A stretch of 32,000 bases of DNA. Origin: Paramicrosporidium saccamoebae KSL3. Its lineage: Eukaryota > Fungi > Cryptomycota. Position numbers and translations under genes: made by a program. Where the stretch lies: contig MTSL01000205.1 of the NCBI GenBank assembly GCA_002794465.1, positions 54,229 through 86,228 of the forward strand, given 5' to 3'. Positions 30,916 to 32,000 of the stretch are shown piece after piece. The notes beneath the pieces were generated by a model, which was not told the DNA's origin, did no database searches, and saw only the letters and a list, made by a program, of their open reading frames with translations. The number at the start of each line of letters is the position of its first letter. Position 1 is the first letter of the stretch.

Positions 30916-32000
30916 TTAGTTTAAATTGAAACGAGTAACTATGTCTAGTGGAATGGTACGACAATATTCAGACCAACCATCTCCTATTCGATTTTTCATG
31001 AGAACGACCAGGGAGAGAAAGGCTGCCTCCAGTTGGGGGGAGCCGCGTGTACAATTAATGCTGCTAAAGAGGGCAGGGACGGCTTCTGGGGTGAGCAAAT
31101 CGGAATGGCGGTGGAGCATGGCCACCATGGGCAGCCAGGCCGATTGGCATTCGTCAATATCAGTGTCAAGAGCGATCATTTGGGCCCAGCGAGGCAAAAC
31201 TGCGCCGAGCGCCATAGGAGGTGGAGCAATGATCAAACAGCGTCCCAGACAAACTGCCACATTCTCCAAGTACGATGTGTGCACGTTGGTATAAGTGAGG
31301 AGTTGACATAGTGAATCACCGAGATTAATGACCACCGGAGCAATCTGTGGGAAACGACCGCATTGGACCAACTCTCCCAGGGCCCAAACGGCATTGTTTG
31401 CAGAACCGTGGGTGGCAGTGTCGCGCAGGGGGTCCATGTGAGCAGCAATAGCGGGAATCAACGTATCCAAAACAAATTCAGGCTTAAGGACCTCGGAACA
31501 CTTTTCGGCAAGGTCCCCGACGAGTGCAAACGCAGCTTGACGCATCTGTGGACGCGGCTCAGTACAGCACCGTTGCAGAATAGTGTCCAATCGCACTGTT
31601 GAAAGCAAAGGACAAAGGGCAGGTCCAAGTCCTTGAACCAGGGCGCCGATGAGATCAAGGGCGACAATGCAGAAATCAAAGTCGATTTCCGTGTCGGGAC
31701 TGGCAACTAACACCACAGCCTTTAGCGTGGTCTCTGCCATGGCCACACAGCGCTGCAAAATGACCGAGGCAAAAGGCGCCATCAATGCCCCCACCCCCAC
31801 GGAAATGGAACAAATGCATTCCAACAGGGCAAACAGAGAGGGATCGTTTTCATCAGTGTCCACCCATCGCTGCATCAAAAGAGGCAATATGAGGGAAAAT
31901 GCTTCCAAATCCGCGTGGTCCAAACAGTCAATGCGGTCCGCAATAGTGCCCACCATATCGTACAATACCGCGACATTTCGATTTGGATAAAAGGAGAGGA
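30916..32000 (-). CDS. KAP104: Transportin-1/Kap104 (importin beta-2), C-terminal part; the gene continues beyond the window
   Basis: LYDMVGTIAD, LFALLECI, DFCIVALDLIGALVQGLG, RQAAFALVGDL, NNAVWALGEL and ENVAVCLGR match transportin HEAT repeats. Confidence 0.88.
   Translation of the reverse strand, partial: LSFYPNRNVAVLYDMVGTIADRIDCLDHADLEAFSLILPLLMQRWVDTDENDPSLFALLECICSISVGVGALMAPFASVILQRCVAMAETTLKAVVLVASPDTEIDFDFCIVALDLIGALVQGLGPALCPLLSTVRLDTILQRCCTEPRPQMRQAAFALVGDLAEKCSEVLKPEFVLDTLIPAIAAHMDPLRDTATHGSANNAVWALGELVQCGRFPQIAPVVINLGDSLCQLLTYTNVHTSYLENVAVCLGRCLIIAPPPMALGAVLPRWAQMIALDTDIDECQSAWLPMVAMLHRHSDLLTPEAVPALFSSINCTRGSPQLEAAFLSLVVLMKNRIGDGWSEYCRTIPLDIVTRFNLN

Overview
A very gene-dense eukaryotic window with 21 protein-coding genes. 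I inferred 24 GT-AG introns by hand, all 28-36 nt long, and intergenic gaps are as short as 16 bp. The mix of fungal-type and animal-like genes, tiny introns and a retained complex I subunit suggests an early-diverging fungal relative (Rozellomycota, Paramicrosporidium-like); this assignment is inference only. Genes in order: VPS60, GNA1, FHA-forkhead factor, DPB2, an orphan, MGR3-like, TPS2-like, NAGPA-like, NDUFS4, RAD26/CSB, PIN4, SEC6, PAH, a divergent H4/H3 pair, two tandem secreted ankyrin-like repeat paralogs, a P2C-type ATPase, a C2H2+PHD protein, HSDL2-like and a partial transportin. The strongest observation is that both histone genes carry a 16-nt 3' hairpin matching the animal replication-dependent histone stem-loop (GGCWTT-TTTA-AAWGCC), with a compensatory base pair between the copies and no nearby AATAAA. 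Other notable items: divergent start codons 16-44 bp apart around a CCAAT box, a secreted tandem repeat-protein pair with conserved upstream DNA, a P2C ATPase with PQGL instead of PEGL, a lysosomal uncovering-enzyme homolog, and an H3 with an insertion between K27 and K36. No tRNA, rRNA, CRISPR array or transposase was seen.
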